Shown: piece by piece, positions 1-14,820 of the stretch
How the letters are laid out: each line of letters starts with the position of its first letter
How positions within the stretch are numbered: the first letter of the stretch is position 1
Program-made: the position numbers and the translations under genes
NCBI GenBank assembly: GCA_013265495.1
Contig: MU058337.1
Span: 3,378,686-3,442,685 of the forward strand
Direction of reading: 5' to 3'
Length of the DNA stretch: 64,000 nucleotides
Source: Vicugna vicugna
Lineage: Eukaryota
The notes under the pieces: generated by a model
The model's input: only the letters and a program-made list of their open reading frames with translations
What the model was told of the DNA's origin: nothing
Databases searched by the model: none

Positions 1-430
1 GGACAACCTCCAAGGAGCTACAAGGACTGGTGAGTGTGTTCTGGCAGGAGTGCCACTGGGGCTAAAGTCTGAGTATGCTTGATTACAAGTTCTGGAACTG
101 AAGACTGGAAAAGAAAGAATTCATGGACCTGGTGGCAGTTTCTTAGGACACAGGATTTTACATCCCAATAAAGACCTTAAGGATGAGCCTGACACACTAG
201 TAGCATGGCTATTAGAAGCTTGGAGAACTTGGGGGCCAAGGCTTGGTAAGATATGCAAATCTGAGTTGAGATGGTCGAGGAAGGTAGACAAAGGCTGACA
301 GAGGAGGGCATGCTGGAACAGATGTATTATGTGATGCCAGAGCCCCTGTTCAAGGATTATATTTCCTAGGGCCATACAGGAATGTCCCATTTGTCAAGGT
401 CACCAAGAATGCCATGGTCGAGAGATAACC
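1..430 (+). mobile_element. Degenerate ERVL/MaLR internal (gag-like) fragment
   Basis: Frame-broken translation (..KKEFMDL..DTGF..DTLVAWLLEAW..GRQRLTEEGMLEQMYYVMPEP..) resembles the recalled ERVL gag pattern EFIDLG..DSAF..LFAWLAEIW..EEGIQRLREIGMVEW; many stops. Confidence 0.7.
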
Positions 431-1899
431 ACATTTAGAACTTGCTGTCTTCTGCAGGCTCGGACTAATGTTAAAATGCTTCCCTAAAAAGATAGGACCA
501 GGGGCATTGTTGATATAGGCTGAAAGAATGCTTATATATTTGTGTTTCACAGACCAGAAAAATTCAAAATGTATATGAGAGAATTGCAGCTGGGTTGGCA
601 ACATTAATTTTTTTCCTAATAGAGATACAAACAGACAAAAGAAAACTAGATTTTACCACCCAAAGTAGAATCTTTCGTCACTTTTGTTTCATGGAAGAAA
701 CTGTATTTCAAAACCAAAAATTAGAAAAGAGTTAATCTCAGCTCTTATTTTAAAGTCCTTAATAATAAATAAAGCTGGTTTGAGGAAAATTTTACTGAAT
801 TAACCTTGTTTCTTTCATTTTGACATGGGCCAATAAAATCTCATTTGCGGAAGAAGATTGGTTTGCTGATCAGAACTTGGAAATAGCTAAAGTAGATTTT
901 GTTCCAAAACAAACCATATGTACCCAGGATAGAGACCAGTGCAGTGCCAAGTGCTTAGATGTGGTTGAGAAGACTCAAATTGGAAGGTCTGAGTCTTAAT
1001 AATAACGCATTTGCTCCCTATTAAAGACTCTAACATCTTCTGGGGAAAATCTGCCACTCAGCTCTTGCTTGAGCTGGTAAAGCAAAACTTCACTGGGCAC
1101 AGGTGAGTGGAAGTTCAAATTGGATTAGCTGGCAACAGATCAAAATCAAGATGGGGGAAATTGCCATTAGATCTCGAGGACATAACCTGTTTAACTTTTC
1201 CTTGTGTGTAAATCAGGAGCTTCTCTTTTCATTGCTGGTTAGAATAATATGCTTAAGGATTAGCACGGCACTATGTATAGGAGAGTGGACTATTTCTCAT
1301 GAACCTCACTGAATAAGCTTAGTCTTAAATATGGGCTGTCCCCGGAAAGCGGGAAGACAATAAGACAGCGCTGGGCTAGGGTAGGTGGAATTTAACCTGG
1401 TTCAGAACTCATCTATCAAAATTGCTTGTGGGCAAGGAATTCTAAAGAATTATTGTGCCATATTCTTGTGTTATCCATTGCTCCATACATTACATTCCTC
1501 TGGGATTCCTCATTTTTGTGTATGCATCCTGTATTTTCATGTATTTCAGAAACCTCAGTCCTGTAGATGTGTTCTGACTCTACTTTCCAGTTCATTAATC
1601 TTAACTTTATGTTTGACTCTTCGTTTAATTTACTCCCTTGGTTTCACCAACATTTGTGGCTTTCCGTAATTATAATAGCAAATACCATCGACTTGCATAG
1701 AGTTCTTGGGAACCAGGCACAAATAAAGAGTTGAATCCCATTTCTACCTGCTTGTATTCCAGAACCTTTTGTCACAAGGCCAAAACTGTGGTTCAAGAAC
1801 CAGAATGTTGGGGTCAGATAGAAAAGTTTTGACTCCATGCTGATAAGTTTGGATTTTGTCCAGTAATGAGCCAACAGGGGGCTGTACTGATAAAATTAA

Positions 1900-2920
1900 T
1901 TTAAAACAGCAACCTTGGTGACAAGGGAGGTGATAAATTAGAAGGGATTAAGACATGAGTAAAGTTAGATAAATAGTACAGTCTTTTAGGTAAGGGATTC
2001 TGAGAGGCTGAGACAGGAAAATTTCACTGGGGCTAGAGAGGAAGGAGTGGATTAAAGAGACATTTTGAGGTAGAATTGACTTAACCATGGTAAGTGATGT
2101 AAACGGGAGAGAAGGAATGGCTAAACTCCAAGACAACCGGGGTTTCACTGTGAAGACACAATGTGAAGATCTGTCCTTGTTTTCAGAATAAAGTCCATCA
2201 TATGTGCTAACAGAGCCTGGAAACATGACTGCACTCTCTCTGCTCTGTGCGCATTGACTGTCCATCTTCCTGGATCCCTTCGTCTCTGCCTAAATGTTCT
2301 GCCTTGTTGTTTATTTCATTTCTCCATTTGCAGAGCTGCTTCTACAAGAAAAGCGCTCACCTCAAGTAGGGTGAACACTTACTTAAAACCCACACCAAAT
2401 GAGTCACTCACTCACTCACTCTGAAGTTTTTCTTTTTAATTATTTTTATTTTTTCCTTTCTCCTGAGTGTTCACTCTCAAGATCAAATCACAAATTACTC
2501 TTACATGCCCTGAATATATCCCCCATGTATCTACTTCAGACAGACTTCATTGAATTCAATGTTTTCACACTTATTTCCCTCAATATAGGACAGACACTGT
2601 ATTACATTTAGTCCAATAGCCAGTGTAACTAGGACAGATTGTTGAATGAATAAATGAATGACTAGTTGAATGCACATTGTCCATTAGGCAGTTGTAATTA
2701 TGAATCTGATATCCTGAAGATAGGCTGTTCATTAATAGATAGTTGGGTGGCACCCAAGTAGATAGAAGAGCATTTCAGTGGGAATGTAGTTGGTTAAGAA
2801 TTTCAGATGTCAAGGGGGGATCAAGAGGATGAAGACTGAGAAGAAGCTGAGTTTGTAATTAAAGAAGCAATAAAGACCAAAATAATGGTTGATCTCTGAG
2901 CATAGCACTGGGCAGTTTCA
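1900..2920. mobile_element. L2 LINE fragments (minus-strand pieces flanking a plus-strand L2 3' end)
   Basis: Purine-rich L2 antisense motif gagacattttgaggtagaattgac (~2057) and L2 3' tail gttgaatgaataaatgaatga (~2641-2661). Confidence 0.6.
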
Positions 2921-5900
2921 TAGCAAAAATATAAGACAATCTATCTATCTAATTGTCTGTTATGTAGTTAGCGCTCCTTGCTCTTTTTTATGAGGCATTT
3001 ATAGAATATACACATGGGCATAGCCCGTTCAATAACCCATTCTACCGAGAATGAATGTTCATTTACAACTAAAGTTCAAACAAGGAAAAAAAAAGCCTAA
3101 TATTCTGCAACCTGGACCTCTGTGATCTCATGCTGGGCAGACTAGTTCCTGAGATAAATAAATAAGTTTTATATATATATATATATTCAATTTAATGATT
3201 GTATTCCTAAAAGACATTAATATGTTTCCTTCCCCTTCCAACATTTTGCAGGACATTTTTACACAGAACAGCAGAACAGCTTGAATATGGATTTATTTTG
3301 CTATAGGAAAAAATAAGAACTATTGAGGTATTTCAGTCAACCATCCAGGAAAAATTTTTTCCAAAGTGATGAATCATTTAATTTATTTTTATTGTTTAAA
3401 TTTCGAGCTGATCAACCAACCTATATAATAAAACTAATTTCTCATATAATGATTTTTGATTAAAACCAAAATAAACACATATCTCCACAAGGTCTAGGAC
3501 AAAATAAACATTTATATGGAATAACTACATCTTAAAAGTCTATATAAACTAAAAAGTTAGTGAAGTGTTAATTTTACTTCATTAGGTTAATTGATCTATT
3601 TAATTGTATTTCTCTTGAAATATTATATTGATTATAACAGAATACCTTTAATCCTACAATTGTGCAGAGATTTGCCAAGTTATAAATTCTTTTTTCTCAT
3701 AATTAATTTCCTCCACAATATAAAATATCAGTTTTCGAATCATGACTATGATGTAGCTCACAACAGCTGAATGTTTCAAAAATAGTTTAGGTAACCTTCT
3801 ATTCATTGCAGCAAAAAACTTCAGGAGCTCCTGAAATAGGTCAGATCATAATGACGATATTGAACTTTTCAACTGAGAATAATCAGGTTTTATTTTCAGT
3901 GCTCACTGACCTCGCCTGAAATTTAAGGAAATATAGGAAGAGTTTAGTTCCATTTGGCCTTAGTTAGCAGCAGTTGTTCACTCTGTGTCCTATTCAAATG
4001 GTTATCAACCCTGAAACTTTTGCTGACATCTGCATTGACAACTCCTTGCCACAATTTGGGAATCTGAAGTGATCAGTGGCAAACAAAAAAAAAAAAAAAA
4101 AAATACCGTCAGTTTCTCCAAAACAGGCATCGACTATGAAATTATTTTAGCTTCAGTGTCCCTGCATACAAATGCAAAAACTCTAGTGTCATTATTTCTG
4201 AAAAAAAAATTTTTTAATAATCATGGTAGCTTGGAACAAGGTGGCATTATAATGTCTAGTTTAAGATTTAGTGCAATATTAAGAAAAGAAAACTACTTTT
4301 CTTAGCCTGATTTCTCTTTTATCCCATGACTCAAGAAAAAGCATCTATTAGCTCAAATAACATCTCTCCTTTACACCAGGACATGTTGTATTCAGTTCAG
4401 ACAGTAAGGCTTAGCAATAGGATATTCTTTTTTACAATTAGGGATAAATATTTTCCTTGCCACAATAGGTACTGCAGCAAATAATGCACCATCTGCTTTC
4501 ATTCTGAACTTGTTTTCATAGGTGTGAGGGCAGCCTGCTACCCCGTGTCAGCATCCATTATAAGGCACCATGCAACTTGGCGTGACACAGGATGACAGGT
4601 GAAACCCAACTCAGTATGGCATCCGTGAAGCTGATGCAGATGAGGAACTGCAGTGCGTGGAGAGAAATAATGGAGAGATGCTCAGGTGTTTTGTTTTACT
4701 GAGCTCTACCAACCTAATTTTTGAAAGAAACAAAACGCGTTCAATTGATTTTTCTCAAAATTCCCGGAGCAGAATCTCTATGGTCCAGTAGAACTAGAAA
4801 CCTTCATTTACGCTGTCATTTCCTCCCAGAAAATGTTCAGTAAGCAGAAGATTAAATTATTCAAAGTAAAATAGTAATGACATCACATGGTTTATATTCT
4901 GGACATATTATCAATGGAACACTTTCTGACACCTAACCTATAATACAGCAATAAATACTACATCTTCAATACTTAGGCATACTGTGCATTGATAGTTTTG
5001 CTATTTTGATGTACAAAATTGTGTAATGGTTTTTATTTTGTCTTACATGCTTTTTTTTTTTCTCCAAATAGGTTGTCACTTTACTGAGGAGATGTATCAT
5101 GGCTCATAGCCTAGATTGGGAGAGAGATAAATAAACACTGTACAGTATCTAAGATGCAGAGCTTAAGATAGTTATAAGGTACTTTGAAACCTCATGGTAG
5201 TAAATGCCAGTTCTCATACATCTTGACAAGATGAAGTAAAACAAATATTTTCTTTAAAGTAAAAGCTCAAATTCATTATGGGGTATTGTAAGTTTGCAAG
5301 AAAATATGGAATTGAAATTGATATTTGAAAAAATAAATGTATTTTTAAAAATTTTGGTAAGCATAATCTAAAACAAAACACTTTCTGAAAGTTTTCTATT
5401 TCAAAAGTCGCAAAGCAGTATCTTATTTTTACATTTCAACAACACAATAAGCAACAGGATATTCTGTTAGGAAGATACATGTAAATGGATTAATATTTTG
5501 CCTCTTATAAAGCAGAAAGAAAGATTCCTAATCTGAAAACCAGAAAATCTAGGTCGTGTCCATGTGGCCCCTTGATTCTATGATTTCCGTAATTTTGTTA
5601 GATTCATTTAGTCATCTAATTGTGTCCTAAATAACATAATTATTATAATATGATCCGATTTCTATTAAATCTATGTAGTACAAGGACAGTTTATAATTAT
5701 ATTCAATTTTTAATAAAATAAATGCTATGAACATTTGAGTTGATACTATACGAGAATCTGAAAGCAATTTCACACATACAAATGAAAATATTTTTCTCTG
5801 TCTCTAAATATATATAATGCATATTTTCTATATTATGTATGTATATCTGTATGCGTATGTTTGCATGTATGCATATGTACACATATATACTTATATAAAT

Positions 5901-7129
5901 ACTTAGGTTTTAGAAATAAAAATAAGAACTAACTCTAAGTTACTTGCTAGGGGGAAAATGTTAAATAAGTTTTTAATATATGTTTTAACAAAGGTTCTTG
6001 AAGGTTTTAATAAAGGAATTTAATGCAAAATCTTAGAATTTATTATGGGCCATTTCCCTAGATTTTTACTCCTTCTATAAGTTAAGTCAGGGACTAAATA
6101 ACTCAGCGTTTATGTTGTTTTTATATATACATAGATAGTGTACACATTTGCATATATTCTAAGGGGGGGGTCAGCAATGTTTTCCATCATAAATATAAAT
6201 GTGAGTATATGTGTGACTGGCCAAGAAATATCACCCTTCTCCTCAATAACTTGATAATGAATATTTAAGATAAAAAGGAACTTTTACAACTCTCCACTCT
6301 TCCCAATTTAGAACGTACATCTCACTGAAGTACTCCCAGTCCTATTAGCATCCTTCTAATGGGTCAACCAAGCTGAATCACTTTTATCTTCCTTTTCCTT
6401 TGATGCTGATATTTATTTTAGTTTTTGGCAGAATCAGCTATTTTCCCCTTTGTTACCATAGCCTCTAGACTAGCCTTATTATGATGTAATAACATGCATT
6501 AAAGCAACTGCCCTCATTTCTATTTGTCTCAAATGTTCAATCCATAGCCTAGGACATAACCATAATCGCCATTTTTATCCTGCCTCTCCCTTGTTCACAG
6601 CCCCCCCAAAAAGTGTTCGCATTTTCATATTGTGTTTCATCCACACTCTTAGAATCAAACTTACATTCTCTGTTGGTTAATGTCCAGGTAACGTTTAAAT
6701 TCTTGTTTTCTGTTGCAGCAATACGGTGCTCGTAGTCTGTATCTGTTCCTCCAAAGTTAAAGCAGATTCACACTAAACTTGGAAGATCTCACTTTATGTA
6801 TACGTATTTAGGATTCGGGGCATTTATCCTTTAGCTGAATTGCTTCCTTGTTCATGACTCCTGTATTAAATAGGACCTTGTGACAACTCATTTCTATAAT
6901 CTCTTAAAACATCATTGTGTAAGTTTTCATTGAATAAGTAACATTTATACAAAATTATTTAGTAACAATATACCACTTAAGAAATTTTTCATTTCTTTCT
7001 AGTCTCTTATTGCTCAGAGTTTTCTATAGTTGAAAAAATAAAAGTATGGTTCTATAATCTCTTTTTAGCCTTGACAGTACTATGATAAACATCTTCAAAT
7101 TATTATATAATCAAAACAGTTATCCTTCT

Positions 7130-7340
7130 AGTGATCATGACCAAAAATAATTATACTTGCAATTAGACTATATACTGTATACATTACCTCGTTTATCTCT
7201 TTACAGAATTTATGATTTGGTACTATTACTTCTATTTCATACACAAGGAAAATTTTAAGTTCAAGGTATTAAGAGATTTGTCAAAGATTATGCCCAGCTA
7301 GCAAGTAAGTGCACAGCCCAGGTGTTTCGGCTTCTCCAGC
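7130..7340 (-). mobile_element. MIR SINE
   Basis: Antisense MIR core (tactattacttctatttcatacacaaggaaa..aggtattaagagatttgtcaaagattatgcccagctagcaagt). Confidence 0.6.
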
Positions 7341-7869
7341 AATAGAGCTGCCCGTGCGCTGCCCCCATCACTATATCTTCTTACTCCACAATGTGTCCTC
7401 AAGGGAATTTATTAACATTTAGGATGGTTTTACTTTTTGTCTTTGTTTTTGGTTCTTGGCTGCTGAGAAGTAAGCTATATCTTGCTTATTTTTGCAAGGA
7501 AATGTTATGGTTCATTATTTGTGTTCAGGTCTACATTAATAAGTAAGTTTATGTTCTCAAGTAACTGTAGTTAGGTCAGCAAAGCACATCCTCTGCCATC
7601 TCATCAGTAAAATAAAAATAATTTAGCCACACTCACTGGGTTTGTTTCGTATTTGACGGAGACACTGCTCATCAGCATGGCTCAGGGAGGGAAACGTAGC
7701 AGATATTTCAGAACTTTAACAATTATAAAATAATAGCCTTTAGCTTCTGAATGACATTGAGATAGACAATTATATGTAATACAGCAACCAATAGATAAAA
7801 ACTAAATAAAAATCTCTAACACTGATTGATATTTCATCAATCATTGTAATTGATGGGAAAAGGCCAGTT

Positions 7870-7995
7870 CCTCCCTCCGTCCCTTCCTCCCTCTCTTCTT
7901 CCCTCCCTCCCTTCCTTCCTTCCTCTTTCTGTAAGTCTCTTCCTACTCCCTCATCTCTTTCCTTTCTACATGTTTTTCCTTCTTCACTTTCTCTT
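7870..7995 (+). repeat. CT-rich (CCTT/CCCT)n low-complexity tract
   Basis: Directly visible pyrimidine repeat. Confidence 0.85.
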
Positions 7996-8286
7996 CAGGT
8001 TACAAATGGTTCTGGGCTTCAGATATTTGTATCCAAGATGTTCATTTATACAAATGTTATGACTCTTCATACTTTCATAAATAATTTCAGGGTGCTCTTC
8101 CCTTTGGGGTTTGTAACTGTGATTGACGGGGGTGGATTATCTCTTTTAAGCCACGCACCATGATCTGCATGTTTCAGTCAAGTAAATTTCACAATCATGG
8201 GATCTTACTGCCCCATCTTATAGACTGGGCAATACATGTGGGCAGGGACAGTGCCGGAATTGTGACCTAGTTCTTTTTTAATATGC

Positions 8287-8470
8287 TTTTTAAAATTAAA
8301 ATATATTTGATTTACAATGTTAATTTCAGGTGTGCAGCAAAGTGATTCAATTATATTTTTTCAGATTATATTCCATTATTGGTTATTACAGAATATTGAC
8401 TACAATCCCATGTGCTCTACAGTAAATCTTCGCTGCTTATCTGTTTTATGTATAGTGGTTTATATCTAAT
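8287..8470 (-). mobile_element. L1 3' UTR fragment (artiodactyl type)
   Basis: tttgatttacaatgttaatttcaggtgtgcagcaaagtgattca..tcccatgtgctctacagta; same family as 17574-17927 and 32105-32360. Confidence 0.75.
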
Positions 8471-11079
8471 TTAAAGCACTATTTTGAAATGATTGTAATT
8501 TTATTTCACATATGCTTGCATTCTCTATCAACTAGTTTGTAATCCTTCTGAGGACAAATATTTGTTTATTCATAAGTATATATTTTAACTAACAAGATAA
8601 ATTAAGGGTATTGAAAACTAATTATTGAGTTTGTAATACAAGAAATAGTTAATGAAAACTTCATATCATGTAGTTATACCTCTACATGGTCCATCTCTTA
8701 ATAAATATCTTCTTAGAGCCACTGAAGTTCCAGGATTGATAACCATAGTTAGATTTGAGACCTAGACAGTGCATTCTTTTCAGCAAACAAATTAAGTGCC
8801 TTTAGGGATGGAACCCTTCCCCAAGTACAACATTTCGTCTATTCTAGAAGCACATTTTCCCCCAATTTATCAGCTCTAAGAGATCAGGACACTTCTAGTA
8901 ATCGATGGCCTCTTTCAGTCTCTGCCAGCAAATGTTAGCCATTGGAGGAATAACTGCAATTGCATTTATTTTCTTGCAAAACAAAAATACAGTGTTTTAT
9001 TGTACCTAAGGTTGGAAAAAACCCACAAGTAGATCACAATGTGTTACATTTTGCGAGTGAGTTATGTGCAAAATGATTGCCCATCACCTACAAACAATAT
9101 AAAAAAGGGACAAAATGACATCTCCCTTGGAATAGATTACATATATTTTAAAATTTTCGAAGGCTCATGTGATGAGGTTATATGCTGTGTAAATTATTCC
9201 TAAGCATGCACTATAGTTTATAAACTTCTTTCTTTTTGAGTGGTACATAAAATAATGGTACATTTAATCATCAATGGCCTGTCAGATTTGAGTGAAAACA
9301 GTGTTACTTTATATCTACAACAGAGATTGCAATTCCATTATTTAGATTTTTAAGCACTTTGTTCAATGTAAATTTTATAAGGAAGTATTTCACTGGATTG
9401 ATCTACAGGCTTCTAAGAGCAAGGCTCTGTAAGCAGGACATGAAAGTAATGTTTAGGATATTGGGAGGAAATGGAAAGTACTACGAGGAAATACAGACTC
9501 TTTATGAAAAAAGATTCATACAACTTCAACTGCTGCCTAAGCTCTCAGCAAACTGAAATAGGACATTTATGCCACAAGCAAGCAAATTGATGGTCAAAAT
9601 ATTTACCTCCTTAAGATTTATGTATTAATTAATAAACATTTGTTGTTTATCCACAATATTGAAAAAGGTGAAGTAAAATAAACGGGTTTTTTTCCCCAAG
9701 GTTGGTACATAGAAAACAGTATTTCATGATGAATTGAGGAATGAAAATATTTCCTTCATCCAAGTGCTTCTGAAACATTCTAAGTTAATGACTTCATTCA
9801 TGTATTTTCTTCTCATCAGCTCTTGCCAGTATGTAAATTATCCTACAGGAGTTAAGTAATTGAAGAGGCTTAGTAAACCTTCCAGGAAACTATGATACTG
9901 TTTAATAAGTTATCCCAGCCAGAGCAGTAACATGATTCATACACTTCCCATATTGTTCTACTTTCTTTACAAAATATGAATGAATGCAGAAGAACACTCA
10001 AATAGAAACACATCATTGGGCTGGCTTTCCCATTAAGGATTTCATTAAGATCAAACAGTCCTGTTTTATCCATCTTAAACCTTCACCTGGGGGGGGGAGG
10101 GCATTTTATAAATCATAACCTGCTCCTAAAGTTATGCTTCCTAGAAAACAGGTCACAATGTTCCCAGAACCATGGGGTTGACACGGGGGGGGGAGACCAC
10201 TGCACTCCTTTTGAATGGACACATGTATTCCTCCAGTTCTCAGAGATAACTCATTTTTTTTTCTTAACAGGTTTACCCATTTCTGTTTGCCAAATGCTTA
10301 CAACAAACAAACCATCTCTCAGAGTAAACTCACTTAATATGCTACTTACAACTATTCATGTTAAGAGGCAGCCAAGCATTGATGTCTGTGTTTCCTCTCT
10401 GGATAGCTCAGCCTTTTGGATCCACCGGATTAAAGCATATTCAAAGATAAGGCATTCCACTGCATTAGCTCTCCCTGTGGGAAATGTGACCAGTTTGGCC
10501 ATTTATATATTTACATATGCATTGCTGGCATCTTTTATCAAAAAACCTTTCATTTTTAAACCCAGTACATTGGAATTCATTGATAGCCCCTTCATATCTA
10601 CACTTACATTATTTTTGAAGTATTTTCTTTAATCCAGTGAACAGTTAGTGATTCCAGGGCATCCCTTACCACCCACACATACTTGCTGACATAAGAACCA
10701 TGATAAGAAAATAATTGCTTTAAGAACTGCGGGCTGGACATGAGCTTTTTCATGCTCCTTAGCCACTTAGTTAGACTCCAGTAAAGAAGGACCGAAAAAC
10801 AAACCCACCAACTAGTTTTTGTAAGTGAAATAGAAACAATACTTAGTTCAACTTATTATCGATAGAAGCACAACACATTCAAAGTAAAGGTGAGGACAAC
10901 ATCATAGCCCTGCTTTGCTTAGAATTCCGGCTTCCAAAGCTCTGCTAAGGAATGCTTTTGGGGGTGTATGTATTCCCTGTACCCTGCACTTCCGCACAGT
11001 GAAGAGATCCACTCCAGCTCCAATTAAATATGCCATGTTCCAGGAGTTGGTTTGATAACCCATTGCCTTGAACTTGACC

Positions 11080-11235
11080 TTTTTCCTTTTTTCTTTTTAA
11101 GAGACATTTAATTTGTTTGTTTGGGGGGAAGGTAATTATGTTTATTTATTTAAATGGAAGTACTGGGGATTGAACCCAGGACCTCATGCATGCTAGGAAT
11201 GCAGTCTACCACTGAGCTATACCCTTCCCACCCCC
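11080..11235 (-). mobile_element. tRNA(Ala)-derived SINE, camelid vic-1-like
   Basis: Minus strand reads gggtatagctcagtggtaga..gaggtcctgggttcaatccccagtac (Pol III A and B boxes) then an A-rich tail; target-site duplication gccttgaact at 11065-11074 and 11236-11245. Confidence 0.85.
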
Positions 11236-12829
11236 GCCTTGAACTCCATCTTTTTCTATGCAAATATGGTTGGCTTCTCAGGTCAATCCGTCAAAGCTGA
11301 TCTAATGCATAGTGAACACAAACATGGTTCCCAAGCCCCTTTCTCTTGTGTCAATATTGTTTCTGTGTGGAAATGCCTTAAGCATCCAAGCAGCGAGGCC
11401 AAGAGCACATTCAACTCCGATAGGGAAATAGAGGCGTCTCCCTGCCTCACCTCCTGCTACTCTTATCACTGTGAGGGGAGGACCGTCCTCAGCACAGTGG
11501 TCTGCAGCCCAGTCGCTGTGGGTTGGGTCAGGAACTCCAAGAAGACAGAGCAATGCCGAGGCTGAAGGTCAAGACTGGTCTTCCCAGAACGCTGCTGGAG
11601 GGTCAGACTCGCTCAGGGCTGCCTTAGGAGCAAGATTTGATTAGTTTCCTAATCAGCACCTTTCCTATCTTTTACATGTGCCCTATGTCTCACCAGTTCA
11701 CTTTCCCCATCACCACCATCTGCAGCTACTGCCCAGAATGTAACTTCTCCTTTCTGCCTCTCCCTCAAAGGGTTTCTCCATCTTTGGAAAAGTGATGAGT
11801 CATAATAACGATGGTAGCAATGGTGGAATCAGGCAAGGAGCAAACCATTCTCCTAAAAACAGTTTCATTTCACTAGATGCGATTTTCTACTCAGCCACAT
11901 AAAACTTCACACTTTCACTAAAGCCCACACTAAGTCAAGGCAGGGGTGTCTTGCGTGGAATGGAGGGTTAGCAAGGGGTGGGGAAGGGGGTGGGGCCGCA
12001 GTGCCCAATGATGATCCTGACGAGAGATTGTACAGCTCCTGGGGTCACCACTCTCCGCTCTGTGGCTCTGCAAGACTGGAGTCTCAACTCCAACTTTAAA
12101 CTCATCTAAATGTGTTTACAAGAACCAAGCTTGTTATCCAGAAATAGAGCATTCTGCCCACAACTGGAAATATCTGATGCCCAAGGGTTTCGTTTGGTGT
12201 TTTGTTTGATTTTACCACCTAACTTTTAAGCACCTGCACTCTCCTTCTTCAGACTTGGAGGGATTTATCAGCACACATTCCCAGCCTAGTTTGAGAGGAG
12301 ATTATTCTGTTGTCTCTGTGCAAAGTTATCCATCAGAGCCAATTTCTCACTTGGCTGCATCCAGAGGCTCACGTGCCTGACCCTTCAAGTCACGCTGTCC
12401 TTTACCAGGATTCGGGGACCAAGGATTCTGGCATCCAGGGCTTTAGAGTGCCTGACACCTGCTCACATGACAGGAGGGGACCTGGGGAGGATGGGCTGCA
12501 GGCTCTTCATTCAACACCTTGTTGCTTTCTTACTTTAGCAACTTGACCCAGAGCCACTGGACCCAAAAATAAATAAAAGGAGGGAGTGGAGAAGAGGAGT
12601 TAATTGCATTGTCCAAGGAAAGATCTCAAAACATATCCAGGTTACGTCTGATCCGTTTACTCTACATCGATATTTACATTTATATCTGTACCAGGATCTG
12701 TATCAGAACCAGAATCTGTATCTCTAGCTACCAATATCTCTCTCCATATATAGTTATATAAAATCTATTTCTATCTATTCATACAGATACATATCTGATA
12801 GATAAACAGATAGATAAGGAAAGGATATG

Positions 12830-14820
12830 GAAAAAAAGTTAAAATTCAAAACATACTATGTAACACAATCTTGAAGCCCTCCTAAAATGACCTTAATCTA
12901 AGTACAGCAAAACCAAGTGAACAGAATTAAAATAAACTAAGCGTGAGCTCAATAAGTAAGAATGAAAAGGTGTAAAATTGGCCCAACATCAGAAAAGTAA
13001 ACTAACAAAGAATAAAATTTATATTGACATAGATAACTGAAAAAATTAAAATTATAAACATTAAAGTTTATACTATGAAAAATAATATATAGTAGTTTTT
13101 TTAAGAATAAAAGGCTAAATAGGAACTATCAAAAATAAAGATAAATATGGTATAAAAGAAGAGCAGGTCCCCGATCAAGCAGCTGCGGTGTTCAGTGCTG
13201 TCTCCCTGGCACCATGAAAAGTGACGTGACCAGACTTCAGTGAATATCCTGTTTTTAGTGTAGATTTTCTTTAACTGATACAATAGCAAGTGGAAAAGTA
13301 TCTTTGCAGATTTAATTGACTACATAGATAAGCCAAAGAAATGCAATTAATGTATATTAAGAATCATAAACATCAAATTAAAAAATTTCCGAAATCTAGC
13401 AGTAACCAAGAAGCTTATAGATTCAAAATCTTCATTAACACCTACCATAAAAATATACACCATCTAAAAATTAACTTGATATGAATGTATATCCATATCT
13501 ATCTAATTTACAGAGAGAGAGAAATTTTCTAAAACTGTATGAATAAATACAAAAGCATTTTTAATGTAACTTATCCCTAAGTAAAATATAAATGTAAATA
13601 ACTATTATTTTGGGCTACTTAACAAAAATATGATAAAATGGTTTTGGAAGTATTAATGGAAGAAAATTTGTCAAGTTTTTTTATATTTGATTAAATTGTA
13701 ATGAGACAACTTGCTGTACGAAATATTAAAATACATTTTAAACATCCGTGTGATTCAAATGTTGTACTCCTGAGTTGGAAGAAGAGAAAGAATTTAATGG
13801 AACAGATCCAAAGTACAGAAGTAGACCTCAGCGTATATCTGCTAAGGGGGACTCTATGAAAGAAATGAGACATTATTTGATAAATAGTTCTAAGGTTACT
13901 CTATATTAAAAAAATAAGATAAAATTAGTTTTTCTACTCTGCTATATGTCCAAACACATTACATATAGATAACATGAGATAATATTCAAAACAAAATAAA
14001 GCAATAAATATCAGTAGGTTTTCCATGATTTGAAGAGAATTTGCAAGCACTTATACAAAAGCATAAACTATAATAAAATGTTACATTTAATTTTATACAT
14101 TTGGAATTATATATATATGCAAAAAACCCTTTAAACGTGCTAAAAATATAAGAAAAAATATTGGTAATATAAGATGAGTGATTATATTAATGATATTAAG
14201 TTGAAAAAATATACAAATAGGTATTTATATTTACATAAACATTTATTTATGATAGTTATTCTTAGAAGAGTCCAATAATGCAATTTAAAGCATTGGATAA
14301 ACATTTTCTTGTAATATGAGAAATTTTATTTAAGACATTTGTATTAGATGCCATAAAATGGACAGTTTAAAAAATTACCGTGGATCTGCTTTATAACAAA
14401 ATAAATAAATAGTGTAAGGTTGTTTTTAATATGAGGATAAAGGAAATAACCTAAATACTCAAAAAATCTGATCCACTAAACTGTGTTGTATCTGTAACAT
14501 GAAGAATCACAAAGCTAAGAAAATTCCTGTTTCCAAAGAACGCTTGCTGACATAGTAAATATTCAAGATATAATCTTACGTGACAGCGTAAAACAGATGC
14601 ACAAAAGTACGCAACAAAATCTCCCGTTTATATTTACCCACAGCTATAGGACTGTGTCTACTGTATGTGGATCACTGAGTGAGAACAATGCAAGGTGGAC
14701 AGATATACACCAAAATGGCAGGAATCTAAGTCTCCTGCTATAGGGTTTTTTTTACTATATTTGTAGCATTGAATTCCTCTAAAATCCTTATGTTATTTTA
14801 TAATTAACAAATTATTTAAA
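12830..14820 (+). mobile_element. Old, fragmented L1M (ORF2 3' part and 3' UTR)
   Basis: A-rich strand bias and L1 ORF2-like motifs (aatggaacagatccaaagtacagaagtagacc; atttgataaatagttc); no intact ORF. Confidence 0.55.

Noticed and set aside
11160..11230. tRNA-Ala gene
   Set aside because: Degenerate stems, A-rich tail and target-site duplication mark it as a SINE; the same applies to 59930-60000.
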